Assembly: GCA_965198115.1 (NCBI GenBank)
Contig: OZ240241.1
Span: 2,080,001-2,144,000, forward strand
Direction: 5' to 3'
DNA: 64,000 nt
From: Candidatus Latescibacterota bacterium
Lineage (GTDB): Bacteria; Latescibacterota; UBA2968
The notes under the pieces: model-generated
What the model was told of the DNA's origin: nothing
The model's input: only the letters and a program-made list of their open reading frames with translations
Databases searched by the model: none
Translations under genes and position numbers: made by a program
Shown: positions 1 through 10,718 of the stretch, one piece after another
Position numbering within the stretch: the stretch's first letter is position 1
How the letters are laid out: the number at the start of each line of letters is the position of its first letter

Positions 1-145
1 TCCGATCTGTCCTCTGCTTCCGGTGACGACGACTCTCATACGCTCCAGTCTGATGTCGAATCACACAACCGGACAATATACCGGCGGCTGTCCGAAAGGT
101 CGACCTTGCGGTCGGAAGCCCGCCGAGCCATCTTGGCGTTCACCT

Positions 146-1663
146 GTGCCAGCGCCACACACCATCCAGTACCCCGCGTATCGCCAATCCGTCATGGGTC
201 GAAACGGGGTCGTCACCTCGGGTCATCCCCTGGCCTCGCAGGCCGGCATCCGAATCCTTCAGGCGGGCGGAAGCCTGATCGACGCGACCGGTCCCGCCCC
301 CGGCGGCGCCACGCGCGATTTCTACGTCGATCGCGGCGGCATACCGATGAAGGGCATCCTGAGCGTCTCCGTGCCCGGTATCGTGGACGGGTGGCTCCTG
401 GCGCACGAGCGATTCGGGAAGCTGCCGTTGACCGAGGTCTTCGCCCCGGCCATCGAACTCTGTGAAGACGGATTCCCCGTCAGTCACAAACTCGCCTCGT
501 CTCTCGCCTCGGAACACGAGCGATTCTCTTCCGATCCGTATACCGCCGCTATCTTCGAACCGAAGGGCCAGTCCCTCAAAGGCGGCGAGCTCCTCATCCA
601 GCGCAATCTTGGCAACACTTTCCGACAGATCGCCGAGCACGGTCGCGCTGCCCTCTACGAGGGCGACATCGCCCGCCAGATCGGGGAGTTCAGCCGTGAG
701 TACGACGGTCTGATCACCGAGGAAGATCTCGGATCTTTTCACGCGAGATGGGACGACCCCATCCACACCGATTACCACGGCCATCGCGTCTACGAGATGC
801 CGCCCAACTCAAGCGGACACATCCTCCTTCAGGAGTTGAACATCGTCGAGTGTTTCGACCTGGCCTCCTTCGGCTGTAGCACAACCGAGAGCATCCATCT
901 GATGGTCGAAGCCAAGAAGCTGGCGTTCGCTGACCGTGAAGCCTACGTCGCCGACCCGGATCATCTCGACATCCCGATCCAGGGTCTTCTGTCTAAGGAC
1001 TACGCCAAAGAGCGCGCGAGCGAGATCGACTTCGACCGGGCAAAACAGGACGTGCCGGCCGGGCTCCCGGAAGCCCACGAAGACACCACCTGCTTCACGG
1101 TCGCCGATGGTCACGGAAACGTGGCTTGTGTGCTTCAGAGTATCCAGTCCGGATTCGGGTCGAGTCTAATCGCGGGCGAGACGGGCATCCTCCTCAACAA
1201 CAGAATGACGTACTGGCACCTCGACGAGGGTCACCCTAACTGCCTGGCGCCGGGTCATCGTGTCCGCCACACGATGAACCCCGTCATCGCGACGCGCGAC
1301 GGCAAGCCAGCGATCGTCTGCGGCACACCCGGCGCTGACACACAGGTTCAGACGAACCTTCAACTCCTTACTCACGCCATCCATTTCGGAATGAGCTCGC
1401 AAGAAGCAGTCGAGGCGCCACGTTGGCGGTCGCAACAGAACCCGATGGAGTCGACCGTCCCCCACACCTGCGAGAACGTCCTGCAGGTCGAAACGCGCTT
1501 CGACGAGTCGGTCTTCGAGGGCCTCGAGTCACGCGGACACGAGCTCCGCCGCGTCGGGGATTGGGGCGGCCCGGGCAATGCTCAGATGATCCAACGAGAC
1601 GGAAGCGGCGTTCTTTCCGGCGGGGTCGATCCACGACGCGACGGTTACGTCGTCGCGTATTGA
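146..1663 (+). CDS. ggt: Gamma-glutamyltransferase family protein with an apparent in-frame internal deletion near the N-terminus
   Basis: GVVTSGHPLASQAG, VSVPG, catalytic Thr in DTTCFTVAD, LLNNRM, GTPG and C-terminal DPRRDG motifs. GTG start at 146 is inferred; the ORF is open from 23. Confidence 0.9.
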   Translation: MPAPHTIQYPAYRQSVMGRNGVVTSGHPLASQAGIRILQAGGSLIDATGPAPGGATRDFYVDRGGIPMKGILSVSVPGIVDGWLLAHERFGKLPLTEVFAPAIELCEDGFPVSHKLASSLASEHERFSSDPYTAAIFEPKGQSLKGGELLIQRNLGNTFRQIAEHGRAALYEGDIARQIGEFSREYDGLITEEDLGSFHARWDDPIHTDYHGHRVYEMPPNSSGHILLQELNIVECFDLASFGCSTTESIHLMVEAKKLAFADREAYVADPDHLDIPIQGLLSKDYAKERASEIDFDRAKQDVPAGLPEAHEDTTCFTVADGHGNVACVLQSIQSGFGSSLIAGETGILLNNRMTYWHLDEGHPNCLAPGHRVRHTMNPVIATRDGKPAIVCGTPGADTQVQTNLQLLTHAIHFGMSSQEAVEAPRWRSQQNPMESTVPHTCENVLQVETRFDESVFEGLESRGHELRRVGDWGGPGNAQMIQRDGSGVLSGGVDPRRDGYVVAY

Positions 1664-1781
1664 ATGATCTGATTGTTGCGGTGACGTATTCTGGAAATCC
1701 ACTTGCTTCTGGGTCGGTCATCCTACTCAGGATGATCGATCGGCGATCGCCGAAGGAATACGTGCGAAGGGATGCACAGGA

Positions 1782-2657
1782 ATGTCAAATCGATTTGAAG
1801 ATGCTGTACAGGCTGTAATCGATGGTGACGGGGAGACGCTAAAGGGTCTGCTCGGCGAGGACCGCGACCTCGTTCACGCTCGCTCCACGAGGAAACACAG
1901 GGCCACGCTACTCCACTACGTCGGCGCAAACGGCGTGGAAAACGAAAACCAGCGAACCCCGCCCAACGCCGTCGAGATCTGTCGCATCCTGCTGGAAGCC
2001 GGTGCAAAACCCGACGCGACCGCGGATATCTACGGGAAAGGTTCGATGACGATGGGGCTCCTCGTCACGAGCATCCATCCGTGTCTCGCACACGTCCAGG
2101 GCGATCTCGTCCGCGAGCTCGTCCGTGGGGGAGCGGCCGTCGATGGCCCCCAGAACGACGGCAACCCTCTCCACGCGGCAATCAGTTTCGGTTACGAGGA
2201 CGCCGTGGACGCGCTCCACGAGTGCGGGGCCCGGATCTCGAACCTGATCGAGGCAGCAGCTGTGGGAGATCTCGAACGGGTAGAAGACGAGGCGGGCAAC
2301 GTCGATCCGAGCGCGGTCGATATCCCGTGGGGGTCACACGAAAATCGATTCGCGTGGCCACCGCCGGCCGGTCGCGATCCCAAAGCTGTGGCGTTGGGCT
2401 ACGCCAGCAGAATGGACCGTCTGCCCGTCATCGAATTTCTACTCGGGTTCGGCGTCGACGTCAATGCGAAGCTCGCCAGCAACGACACGCCGCTCCACTG
2501 GGCCGGCTTTTACCACAGCAACGCGGCTATTCCGGTCCTGCTCGACAACGGGGCCGATATCGACCTCGAGAACAGCGATGGAAAGACCGCGCTTCAACTG
2601 ACCGAACAGAGTGGGAACGAAAAAGGCGCGGACATCATCGCCCGCGCCTCGTCGTGA
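1782..2657 (+). CDS. Ankyrin repeat protein
   Basis: Repeated ATLLHY, NPLHAA, DTPLHWA and GKTALQ motifs with LL..GA.VD/N spacing. Confidence 0.85.
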   Translation: MSNRFEDAVQAVIDGDGETLKGLLGEDRDLVHARSTRKHRATLLHYVGANGVENENQRTPPNAVEICRILLEAGAKPDATADIYGKGSMTMGLLVTSIHPCLAHVQGDLVRELVRGGAAVDGPQNDGNPLHAAISFGYEDAVDALHECGARISNLIEAAAVGDLERVEDEAGNVDPSAVDIPWGSHENRFAWPPPAGRDPKAVALGYASRMDRLPVIEFLLGFGVDVNAKLASNDTPLHWAGFYHSNAAIPVLLDNGADIDLENSDGKTALQLTEQSGNEKGADIIARASS

Positions 2658-2673
2658 TTCGGTCCCAGTCTCT

Positions 2674-3483
2674 TCACGCTTCGGCAACCGCCACGCTCTC
2701 TGGATCCATCGCCCCTTCGCCGAAAATCAGCGAAAAGGTATCCCCTCGCTCCGAAACCGTATTCGCATCCATATAGCACACACTGAACGCCCGCCTCGGG
2801 ATCTCCGACTGATTGTCCTCCGAGCTATGTAACATCCAGTTGTGGAGCAGAACCGCCTCACCGGCCTTCAGCTCCAGAAACTGGGGCGTATGTTCCTCAG
2901 CCAGCTTGTCCATCATCTCCTGCGTGAGGAACCCCGACCCGGCCTCGGGATTCAGCAACGTGTGATGTGAGCGTGGCACGATCTTGACACACCCATTCGC
3001 GATCGTCGAATCGTTCAGCGCCAGCCAGATCGTAATTTGGGGGTCGCGGTCCAGATCGGTCCATCGATCCTGATGCCATTGCAGCGGCGTACCCAAGCCG
3101 GCCGGCTTGTTCATGAACATCGCTCTGAAGCAGGCCACAGGATGACCCTTCCCGTAGACTCGCTCGCAGATGTGTTCGAACAGGGGCTGTTGCGCATACC
3201 GCAGAAAAACCGGATCGAACTCCAGATCCTGGATCTTGCGATACGCCAGCGTCGCCCCCTTGTGCCCTTTTGATTGCGGCCCGGGTTTTCCGGGGTCTCG
3301 CTCCGGGTCGCGATCGAGCTGGAACAGCATTCGCCCGTAGTCGACATCGGCCTTACCCAGCATAATGTCGTCCATCCGCGTGCTGATCTCTTCCAGCCCC
3401 ACGTCATCCAGGACTCGTCCCAATCGCAAGTATCCCTCGAGCTGGAACTCTTCCCACTGTGATTCAGTCAACGCTTCTTGCAT
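2674..3483 (-). CDS. Phytanoyl-CoA dioxygenase (PhyH) family Fe(II)/2OG oxygenase
   Basis: WHQD, IWLALND...NGC..IVPRSH, LHSS.DN and RRAF motifs. Confidence 0.9.
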   Translation of the reverse strand: MQEALTESQWEEFQLEGYLRLGRVLDDVGLEEISTRMDDIMLGKADVDYGRMLFQLDRDPERDPGKPGPQSKGHKGATLAYRKIQDLEFDPVFLRYAQQPLFEHICERVYGKGHPVACFRAMFMNKPAGLGTPLQWHQDRWTDLDRDPQITIWLALNDSTIANGCVKIVPRSHHTLLNPEAGSGFLTQEMMDKLAEEHTPQFLELKAGEAVLLHNWMLHSSEDNQSEIPRRAFSVCYMDANTVSERGDTFSLIFGEGAMDPESVAVAEA

Positions 3484-3538
3484 ATCACCCTCGAATCTCG
3501 TTTTCGCAGTAAATCGCGCAGCTCATTCCGAGGACCAA

Positions 3539-3580
3539 CACTTCGACTTCGCTCAGGACGGGCTCGCGCTCAGTGTGACG
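3539..3580. repeat. REP-like element (CTTCG...CTCAG type), apparently nested
   Basis: cacttcgac-ttcgctcaggacgggc-tcgcgctcagtgtgac; a related reverse-complement motif lies at 29615-29695. Confidence 0.45.
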
Positions 3581-3614
3581 GTATCGCTACCATCGGCGAC
3601 GAGAATCTGGAGCG

Positions 3615-5028
3615 TCAGCGAGCCGTGTAATCTGCCCCCAACACACACTGCCTACCGTCACGTTCAAGCAACGCCGTCCTGGCCAAACCGTGAATTAAAA
3701 AGCTCGGGCCCATTTGCGACTTGTACCAGTCGATCCCCGCCGCGCCACGTGGCAGGGGAATACGTGTTTCGAAATAGACGTTACACAAAGTTTGGGCAAG
3801 ATCGCGGGCGCCGTCCAGCCATTCCTTGCGTCCCGTCCGCTCATAGAGATCAGTCAAAAGGCTGAGTCCCAGCCCAGCATCCATCGCTGGAACCGCCACA
3901 TCGTCTGGAAACGTCTCATCGCAGTAGCCGTGCCCAACAGATTCCGCAAAGCAGCAACAGCCGTGGGTCCTCTGTCAGACCGAAACCGCAAAGGCACGTC
4001 AACGCGACATGGGACGCCGGCCAAACGCCGTAGACGCTACCCCATATCGGGCACGTCTGTCGGATCTCTTCGCTTCCTCGCTGGCACGAAAGGACATAGA
4101 CGCCAGAGTCGAGATCGTGTGGTACAGCGAAGAAGCCGTTGATATAGGCGGCTCCCCGATCGCGCATCGATCCTGCCAGATCGGGTGCCCGCACTTCCAC
4201 AAGGGGAGCGGCTTCCCAGAGGCTGACGCCCAACGACAACGTCTGCCCCGGTGCGTTGACGCCATAGAAATTGGCCGCCTCTTTCGGCGAACGGCTCTCC
4301 GTCAACAGCAGAGCGCGATCATCACGCCGCAACCACCAGTAGTCGAGCATCCGTTCGATTCGTGACGCGAAATCCTCACGTCCCGTCTTCCCATAAAGGA
4401 ATGCCCAGTCGAAGATGTAGAACCCGCTGTGACGCGGAAAATCGCACGATCGATCACCCCGCGGGTATGGACGTTTTTCCTCGATGTAGGCGTGGCGGAT
4501 GTATTCGTCCGGCTCACCCTCCGTCCAATGGCCATCGAGCCCTTCGCCAAACCGGACCACACTGTCGGGCTTGAATCCATACAGCTTTTCCAACAGCCAC
4601 AACGGCGCCTGTCTCAGATGGTCGTGGGTCGAGGGCGTCGTGCGCCCGCGCGACTCGGCACTGTTCCCCACCCGGTCCTCGACCAGATGCCAGTAGGCGT
4701 GCTCACCCCAGGGCAAGATGCCTGTGCACGTTTTGGCACAGTGCGTGGCGAATCGTTGCAAGTAGCGATCGGCAGCCTCAGCGTAGTCCCCCCGCCCATC
4801 CGACTCGGCCAGCGTGTACATCGTCTTCAGCAGCGCCTCGTCGTGGATCAAGTTGCTGCCCAGGTGCGAACGATCGCCGTCGCGCTGGCCGTCGATCGCA
4901 GGTGGCAGATCGCGCATCATCTCTTCGGACTGGCGATCGATGATCGACGGAAAAAGCCCATCATACGCGCCACCCAGGTTCACGAGTGCATCGACCGCGT
5001 CCGTGACTCGAGACAGGATGTAGGTCAT
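3615..5028 (-). CDS. Uncharacterised alpha/alpha-toroid-like protein, frameshifted near 3950
   Basis: ORFs 3916..5046 and 3615..3899 join via a frameshift (AESVGHGYCDETFPDDVAVPAMD). ATG at 5028 overlaps the upstream stop (ATGA). Contains SNLIHD...YAEAADRYL...TGILPWGEH. Confidence 0.6.
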
Positions 5029-5824
5029 CGCGGTAGGTCGAGCCAATAGTCACGCCACTTCTTGTAGCCTGTTTCGACGGCCTCGATCTGCGGCACTTCG
5101 TATTCGAGCGCGTACTCCCCGGTGTAACCCAGCTCCTCTACCTGATCGTAGACCCAGAGGAAATCGATCTCATCCTCGCCCAGCATCGTTCGGGCCCATT
5201 TCCCGTTGGCGCCGTAGGCGCCATCCTTCACGTGTACGTGTACGACGTAGTCCCGCAGGAATCGAACGCCTCCTTGTAATCAGTCCCGGTGGCCATCAGA
5301 TTGCACGGCTCGTACAGAATGCCGAAGTGCTCCGATCCCACCTTCTGGCAGATCTCCAGGCAAACCTCCGGATTCCCAGAGATCTCCGTTCCGTGGTTCT
5401 CGATCCCCAGGTAGACTCCGATCGCCTCCGCCATCTCCGCAGACTGTTGAAAGGGTGGCACGAGTGTATCGATCTCCTCGCGCTTCCCGTTCCCGGGAAC
5501 CACGCGAACCGTTCGAGCCCCGAATCGCTTCGCGGCCTCGAGGGTCAGCTCCATCTCCCGCATCGCTTCCTCGCGCACGTCCACTTCCTAGGCCGAAAAC
5601 CCGCGGCCACAGTAGGAGCCGAGATTGGCGACGCGAATGCCGTGGTCTTCGCAACAGCGTTCGAGATTGACCACATCGTAGTCCGGATCTGTCACCGAGA
5701 AGTGCGGCATTCGTGCGAGTAAGTCGACCTGGTCGTAACCCGCCTCCTTGATGACACGGAACGTGTACTCGAGTGGTTGTTCCCTGAGGGGATTCGTGCA
5801 AGCGGATAGTCTGTCAGCGTTCAT
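5025..5824 (-). pseudogene. Sugar phosphate isomerase/epimerase (xylose isomerase-like TIM barrel) with an in-frame TAG and a frameshift
   Basis: Three fragments join: GYDQVDL, GIENH, YEPCN, HVHVKD, GEYALEYE. TAG at 5588-5590 is in frame; frameshift near 5260. May be sequencing error. Confidence 0.75.
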
Positions 5825-5879
5825 CCCGTTCTCGATTGGGTATATGGATGGCTACCGAGGGAAAATGAGGTGCCGGACA

Positions 5880-6839
5880 TCAGGCATAGAGCGTCTGCGT
5901 GGGAACGGCCGAAATCTCGTCCAGGTCGGCCCGGTGATCGGGGCCGAGCGCCCACCCGAGCCCGCCGCACGCTTCATCGGAATGCTCGATCGTATCGGGC
6001 CCGAGGATCGGACTCGTGATCTCAGGATGGTCGAGAATCCACGCGATCGCTACCTGTGCGGCGGTCTTACCGATCTCCTTGCCGATATCGATCAATTTCT
6101 GGATCACCGCGTCCGACTGCTCGCTCATCGTTGCTTCGTAGCGCTCGGCGGTTTTATCCCACGGCGTGCCCTGGGGCCGGTCCGCACCCCTTCGGAACAG
6201 ACCCGTCAGCAACCCCACGGCCAACGGACTGAAGGTCATGATCCCGATTCCGTACTGGCGGCACAGGTCGAACATATCGCCTTCCACCACGTATCGCTGC
6301 AGGAGATTGTAAGGCGACTGCGTGACGATGAAGGGTGCCAGCCCCTCGGCCTTTTGTATGCCCAGATGCTCCATGAAACGCCAGGGGGGATGGTTGCAAC
6401 TTCCCGCGTAGATGATTTTTCCCTGTCGGACGAGCTGATCCATCGCCCGGAGAATCTCCTCCGAAGGCGTCTCCGTGTCGACGTTGTGAAGGAGATAGAC
6501 GTCGATGCGATCGGTGTTAAGCCGTTCGAGACTGCGCTCGCATTCCCGCACGATGGCGTATCGGGACAGTCCCCGGTCGTTCGGCCCATCGCCGATGGGG
6601 CTGCAGACCTTCGAGGTGATCACGAGATCATCCCGATGCCCCGCGATGGCGCGCCCTAGAAACCGCTCCGAGCGCCCGAGTCCATAGAAATTCGCGCAGT
6701 CGAAGAAGTTGATTCCCTGATCGATCGCTCTGCGGATAACCTCCTCGCAGACGGCGTCGTCCTTCTGGCCCCTGAACGCAGTACCCAGGCAAAGACGTGA
6801 AACCTTCACACCCGCCGATCCAAGCTTTTTGTATTCCAT
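5880..6839 (-). CDS. Aldo/keto reductase
   Basis: MEYKKLG.AG.KVSRLCLGT, FFDCANFYG.G.SE, SLERLNTDRIDVY, SPLAVGLL. Confidence 0.92.
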   Translation of the reverse strand: MEYKKLGSAGVKVSRLCLGTAFRGQKDDAVCEEVIRRAIDQGINFFDCANFYGLGRSERFLGRAIAGHRDDLVITSKVCSPIGDGPNDRGLSRYAIVRECERSLERLNTDRIDVYLLHNVDTETPSEEILRAMDQLVRQGKIIYAGSCNHPPWRFMEHLGIQKAEGLAPFIVTQSPYNLLQRYVVEGDMFDLCRQYGIGIMTFSPLAVGLLTGLFRRGADRPQGTPWDKTAERYEATMSEQSDAVIQKLIDIGKEIGKTAAQVAIAWILDHPEITSPILGPDTIEHSDEACGGLGWALGPDHRADLDEISAVPTQTLYA

Positions 6840-7052
6840 CCGCTGTCTCCGGTGTTGCAACACGTCTCCTCGTTCCACGGCTCTGCCGTGGAACGCACAT
6901 CGCATCGGGCACTAATATCGTTCTTCATTCAAGCCCGTAACAGTGCCCCCGGGCGGAGCCCAGGGGCGAGCGCCCATTCTCTCGTTCCTATTATTTATGA
7001 GAGCGGGGGGATAACGCTCGTCCCCGTGCTCTGCACGGGGACGCTATGCACC

Positions 7053-8528
7053 TTACGGCATCGGAACAGGTATCGGGTCCTCCGTGGCAATCGACCAACC
7101 CGCCAACCTCAACCGCATCTCCCTCACCACGCGGATGTGAGTCGGATCGTCCACCACATTCACGAGCTCCCACGGATCGTTCACCAGGTCATACAGTTCG
7201 TCCTCGGATGAACCCATCATAGCATCGTGTACGTATTTCCACTCGGCAGTACGAACCATCTTCCGGCGCCCCTCCGCCTCGCGCCATTGTAGCGACGCAG
7301 CGATGGCTCGGCGCCCGTACGGCCTTTCCATCTTTTCCAGATCGCGAAGGGTGAACGGTGGTCCACCCGCACCGTACTCCGAAAACGTCGCGTCCCTCGG
7401 CGTGGCCGACGTCACCGTCGGCAAGGGCCGACCGTGCATCGAGCGTGGAACATCGAGACCCTGCAGGCTGAGCAGCGTCGGCACGATGTCGACCAGATTC
7501 GCCATACTCCCGTCTGTCACACCTTTTGGAATGTGGCCAGGCCACGACACGATGAGCGGGACACGCGTGAGGCAATCGTAGAAGGTCCCGCCCTTGCCCA
7601 TCGTATGATGCTCGCCCGCGTAGTCGCCGTGGTCGCTGCAGAACACAACGATCGTATCGTCTCGAAGGCCGTTGGCTTCCAGCGCATCCAGAATCTGGCC
7701 AATCCCGTCATCCAGGAACCTCACCATCGCGTGGTATACACCGACGACGGCTTTGATCTCCTCCTCGGGGTCGTCGACCAGCCCGATCATTTCATACAGC
7801 ACGCGGTTGCGTGCAGGCGAGGTCCCGTCCGTGAATTCATCGTCCCGCCACGGTGGCAGCTCTACGACGTCCGGTCCGAACATTTCCGCGTACTGTCTGG
7901 GAACCTCATAGAGCCCGTGTGGGTCCGGAATCGAAACCCAGAGCGCGAAGGGCTCATCTCGATGCTGCTCCAGAAAACGCACTGTCTGACCAGCCACAAG
8001 ACCTGTCGAATAATCCTCGAGTGGGTGGTCCGTGATCGCATACGAGAAGTGCGGGCTCACCGTCGGCATGTTTCGACGGGTCGCGTGGCCGGCATCGATC
8101 TCCTCTCTCGACCGAAACCACGGCATGCCTCTGTTGTCCGGCACGTCCTTCGAAATCCCTCCGTGCGTAATCTCACAATAAGTGTCGAACAACTCGATAT
8201 CGTCCGCCGTCTCGAAGCAGTGGTTCTTTCCGATCAGGGCCGTGTGATAGCCGGCCTCCTTCCACAGCTTGAACACGTGAGGGGCGTCGGCCGGCATGAG
8301 TGTCTGGTTTCGTCTTCCACCGTGTGTGTGAGGCCACTGCGACGTCCAGAACGAGATCCGCGCCGGCACACACAACGGATGGGGCGTCACCGCGTGCTCG
8401 AACCGCACACCCTGATGCGCCAACCGTTCCATCGACGGTGTCTCACAGAACGAAGATCCCCACAGATGACTGGCCGTCGCCTTCATCTGGTCGCACATAA
8501 TCACGATCACATTCGGCTTATCAGACAC
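7053..8528 (-). CDS. Cys-type sulfatase
   Basis: KPNVIVIMCDQ, CVPAR (CxPxR), GKNH, SDHG, ELYDL..DPWE. Confidence 0.93.
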   Translation of the reverse strand: MSDKPNVIVIMCDQMKATASHLWGSSFCETPSMERLAHQGVRFEHAVTPHPLCVPARISFWTSQWPHTHGGRRNQTLMPADAPHVFKLWKEAGYHTALIGKNHCFETADDIELFDTYCEITHGGISKDVPDNRGMPWFRSREEIDAGHATRRNMPTVSPHFSYAITDHPLEDYSTGLVAGQTVRFLEQHRDEPFALWVSIPDPHGLYEVPRQYAEMFGPDVVELPPWRDDEFTDGTSPARNRVLYEMIGLVDDPEEEIKAVVGVYHAMVRFLDDGIGQILDALEANGLRDDTIVVFCSDHGDYAGEHHTMGKGGTFYDCLTRVPLIVSWPGHIPKGVTDGSMANLVDIVPTLLSLQGLDVPRSMHGRPLPTVTSATPRDATFSEYGAGGPPFTLRDLEKMERPYGRRAIAASLQWREAEGRRKMVRTAEWKYVHDAMMGSSEDELYDLVNDPWELVNVVDDPTHIRVVREMRLRLAGWSIATEDPIPVPMP

Positions 8529-8587
8529 GGAAACCTCTACGATTCGATTCCCTGTCCGCCGTAGCCTCGGGCATAGGCGGATCGATC

Positions 8588-10063
8588 TTAATCGCCAAGC
8601 TCGGGAAGAGGCACGGGCTCACCATCCTCCGCCCCAATGCTCCAGTCGGCGAGCCGCAACCTCGAATCGGCCAGGACCGAACCGTTCGCAGGTTCACCGA
8701 CGACGTTACTCAACTCCCACGGGTCGTTCTTCAAATCGTAAAGCTCGTCTTCCGACGATCCCTCCGTCGGATCGTGGACGTACTTCCAATCCCTCGTCCG
8801 AACCATTTTCCGACGTCCTTCCGCCTCGCGCCACTGGAGCGACTCGATCAACGTCTTCCGCCCCCAGGGTTTCTCCATCTGCTCCAGATCCGTCATCCTG
8901 AAGGCGGGTCCGCCTGCACCGTACTCGGAGAATGCGGCGTCCCGTGGAACGGTCTCCGTCACCGTCGGCAAAAGCTCCCCCTGCATCGATCTCGGAATGT
9001 CGATCCCCTGTAGATCGAACAGCGTCGGCACGATATCGAGCAGGGACACCATACTGTCGTCACGAACGCCCGTGATGACGTGTGATGGCCACGACACGAC
9101 CCGCGTCAGACAATCATAGAACGCGCCCCCCTTGCACTGCATCGCGTGTTCGCCCATAAAGTCGCCGTGATCGGAGCAGAAGACGACGATCGTGTTCTCC
9201 CGAAGGTGCAGACGCTCCAGCGCGTCGAGGATCTGCCCCACACTGTCGTCGACGAACCGTGTCATCGCGTGGTAGACACCCACGACATCCAGCACCTGTT
9301 CCATCGGATCGTCGCGAACCCCGAGCATCTCATAGAGGATGCGGTTTCGCTCTGGCGCCGTCCCGTCTGTGAACTCGTCATCCCGCCAGGGTGGCAACTC
9401 AACGGCATCACGAGAGAACAGGTCCGCGTATTCTCGTGGGCATTCCCACGGCTCGTGCGGGTCCGGGAACGATACCCAGAGTGCGAACGGTTCGTCCTGG
9501 TGCTCCTCGAGGAACCGGGCGGTCTGACCCGCAACGAGACCGCTCGTGTAGTCCCCGAGGGGAAAGTCAGTCACCCCGTAGGTAAACCGGGAATTTCCAT
9601 TGGGGAGGTTTCGACGACCCGCGTGACACGCATCGATCGATTCGACGGGTCGGAACCAATCCATGCCACGCGTCACCTCGCCTTTCGAAAGACCGCCGTG
9701 CCCGATCTCGCACCACGTGTCGAACAGGGCGAGATCCTCTTCGCGATCGAAGCAGTGGTTCTTCCCGATAAGTCCCACGTGATACCCTGCATTCTTCCAC
9801 AACCAGAAAGCGTGCGTCGCCCCTTCAGGCATCAGCGTCTGATTACGCCGACCGCCGTGCTGATGCGGATACTGGGACGTCCACAGCGACACGCGGGCCG
9901 GCGCGCACAGGGGGTGCGGCGTAATCGCGTGCTCGAACAACGTACCCTCGCGAGCCAGCCGCTCGAGCGACGGCGTTTCGCAAAACGGGTTGCCGTAGAG
10001 ATGGCTCGCGGTCGCCTTCATCTGATCGCAAAGGATCACGATGACATTGGGTTGATCAGCCAC
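8588..10063 (-). CDS. Cys-type sulfatase, tandem paralog of 7053..8528
   Basis: QPNVIVILCDQMKATASHL, CAPAR, SDHG; long identical stretches with its neighbour. Confidence 0.93.
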   Translation of the reverse strand: MADQPNVIVILCDQMKATASHLYGNPFCETPSLERLAREGTLFEHAITPHPLCAPARVSLWTSQYPHQHGGRRNQTLMPEGATHAFWLWKNAGYHVGLIGKNHCFDREEDLALFDTWCEIGHGGLSKGEVTRGMDWFRPVESIDACHAGRRNLPNGNSRFTYGVTDFPLGDYTSGLVAGQTARFLEEHQDEPFALWVSFPDPHEPWECPREYADLFSRDAVELPPWRDDEFTDGTAPERNRILYEMLGVRDDPMEQVLDVVGVYHAMTRFVDDSVGQILDALERLHLRENTIVVFCSDHGDFMGEHAMQCKGGAFYDCLTRVVSWPSHVITGVRDDSMVSLLDIVPTLFDLQGIDIPRSMQGELLPTVTETVPRDAAFSEYGAGGPAFRMTDLEQMEKPWGRKTLIESLQWREAEGRRKMVRTRDWKYVHDPTEGSSEDELYDLKNDPWELSNVVGEPANGSVLADSRLRLADWSIGAEDGEPVPLPELGD

Positions 10064-10099
10064 GCTCTTCTCCAATCCTCGATTCTCGATGTTCGATTT

Positions 10100-10444
10100 T
10101 CAGATTCCCGGAAGCGCCCATTTGAACACGACGTCGAGAATCGAAATGAAGATCGAAGCAAGGATCGTACTTCGAAAGCTCTCGATCTCGAACCCCTCGA
10201 TCAGCTTGTCGGTCAGCCATAGAAAGAACGCGTTGATCACAACCAGAAAAAGACCAAGGGTGATGAAGATGAGCGGAAAGGAGACCATCACGAGTATCCA
10301 GCGGAACAGATACTTCAAAACGCCGTAGACAATCGCGACACCCACAGCCGTATTGAACCCACGAACGTGCACCGTCGGCATCAGCTTCGCAACGACGAAC
10401 ACCGACAGACTATACGCCAGAACGAGCATCGCAACACCGGTCAC
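10100..10444 (-). CDS. Phage holin family (4-TMS, YvlD-like) membrane protein
   Basis: Four hydrophobic segments with the PL.FITLGLFLVVINA..LWLT..L..GFEI motif. Confidence 0.85.
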   Translation of the reverse strand: MTGVAMLVLAYSLSVFVVAKLMPTVHVRGFNTAVGVAIVYGVLKYLFRWILVMVSFPLIFITLGLFLVVINAFFLWLTDKLIEGFEIESFRSTILASIFISILDVVFKWALPGI

Positions 10445-10686
10445 CGTGCCTCCCCAATTACGCTCGGCCGTTCAGCCAAGCCGTTGCTTTCGATTTTGGA
10501 TCCTCATCGTTTGAGTGAGGATCGTTAAGAATCCAAGCGCTCCTAGAGACCGTTGAACCAGCCCGTCCCCCACGCAATGGCGGCCCAGGTAGAGGCGGCA
10601 ACGAGCAACTCAGCTGTTTCACATTCAGACCCCGGGTCATCACCACGGCCGTCACTTACCCGGATCGTACTGCCGGCGTGGGCCAC

Positions 10687-10718
10687 AAGCCCCCGCGGCG
10701 CCTGAGCGGGGCTTTTCT
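10687..10718 (+). terminator. Intrinsic terminator-like hairpin on the strand opposite the flanking genes
   Basis: aagcccccgc-ggcgcctga-gcggggct-tttct. Confidence 0.45.

Noticed and set aside
5588-5590. Amber read-through (pyrrolysine or recoding) in the epimerase
   Set aside because: The same gene also has a frameshift, TAG ends many other genes here (metK, ahcY, alaS, glgB), and no pyl genes are present.
10100-10444. Prophage suggested by the holin-family gene
   Set aside because: This family is common on chromosomes, and no phage structural, integrase or endolysin genes are nearby.
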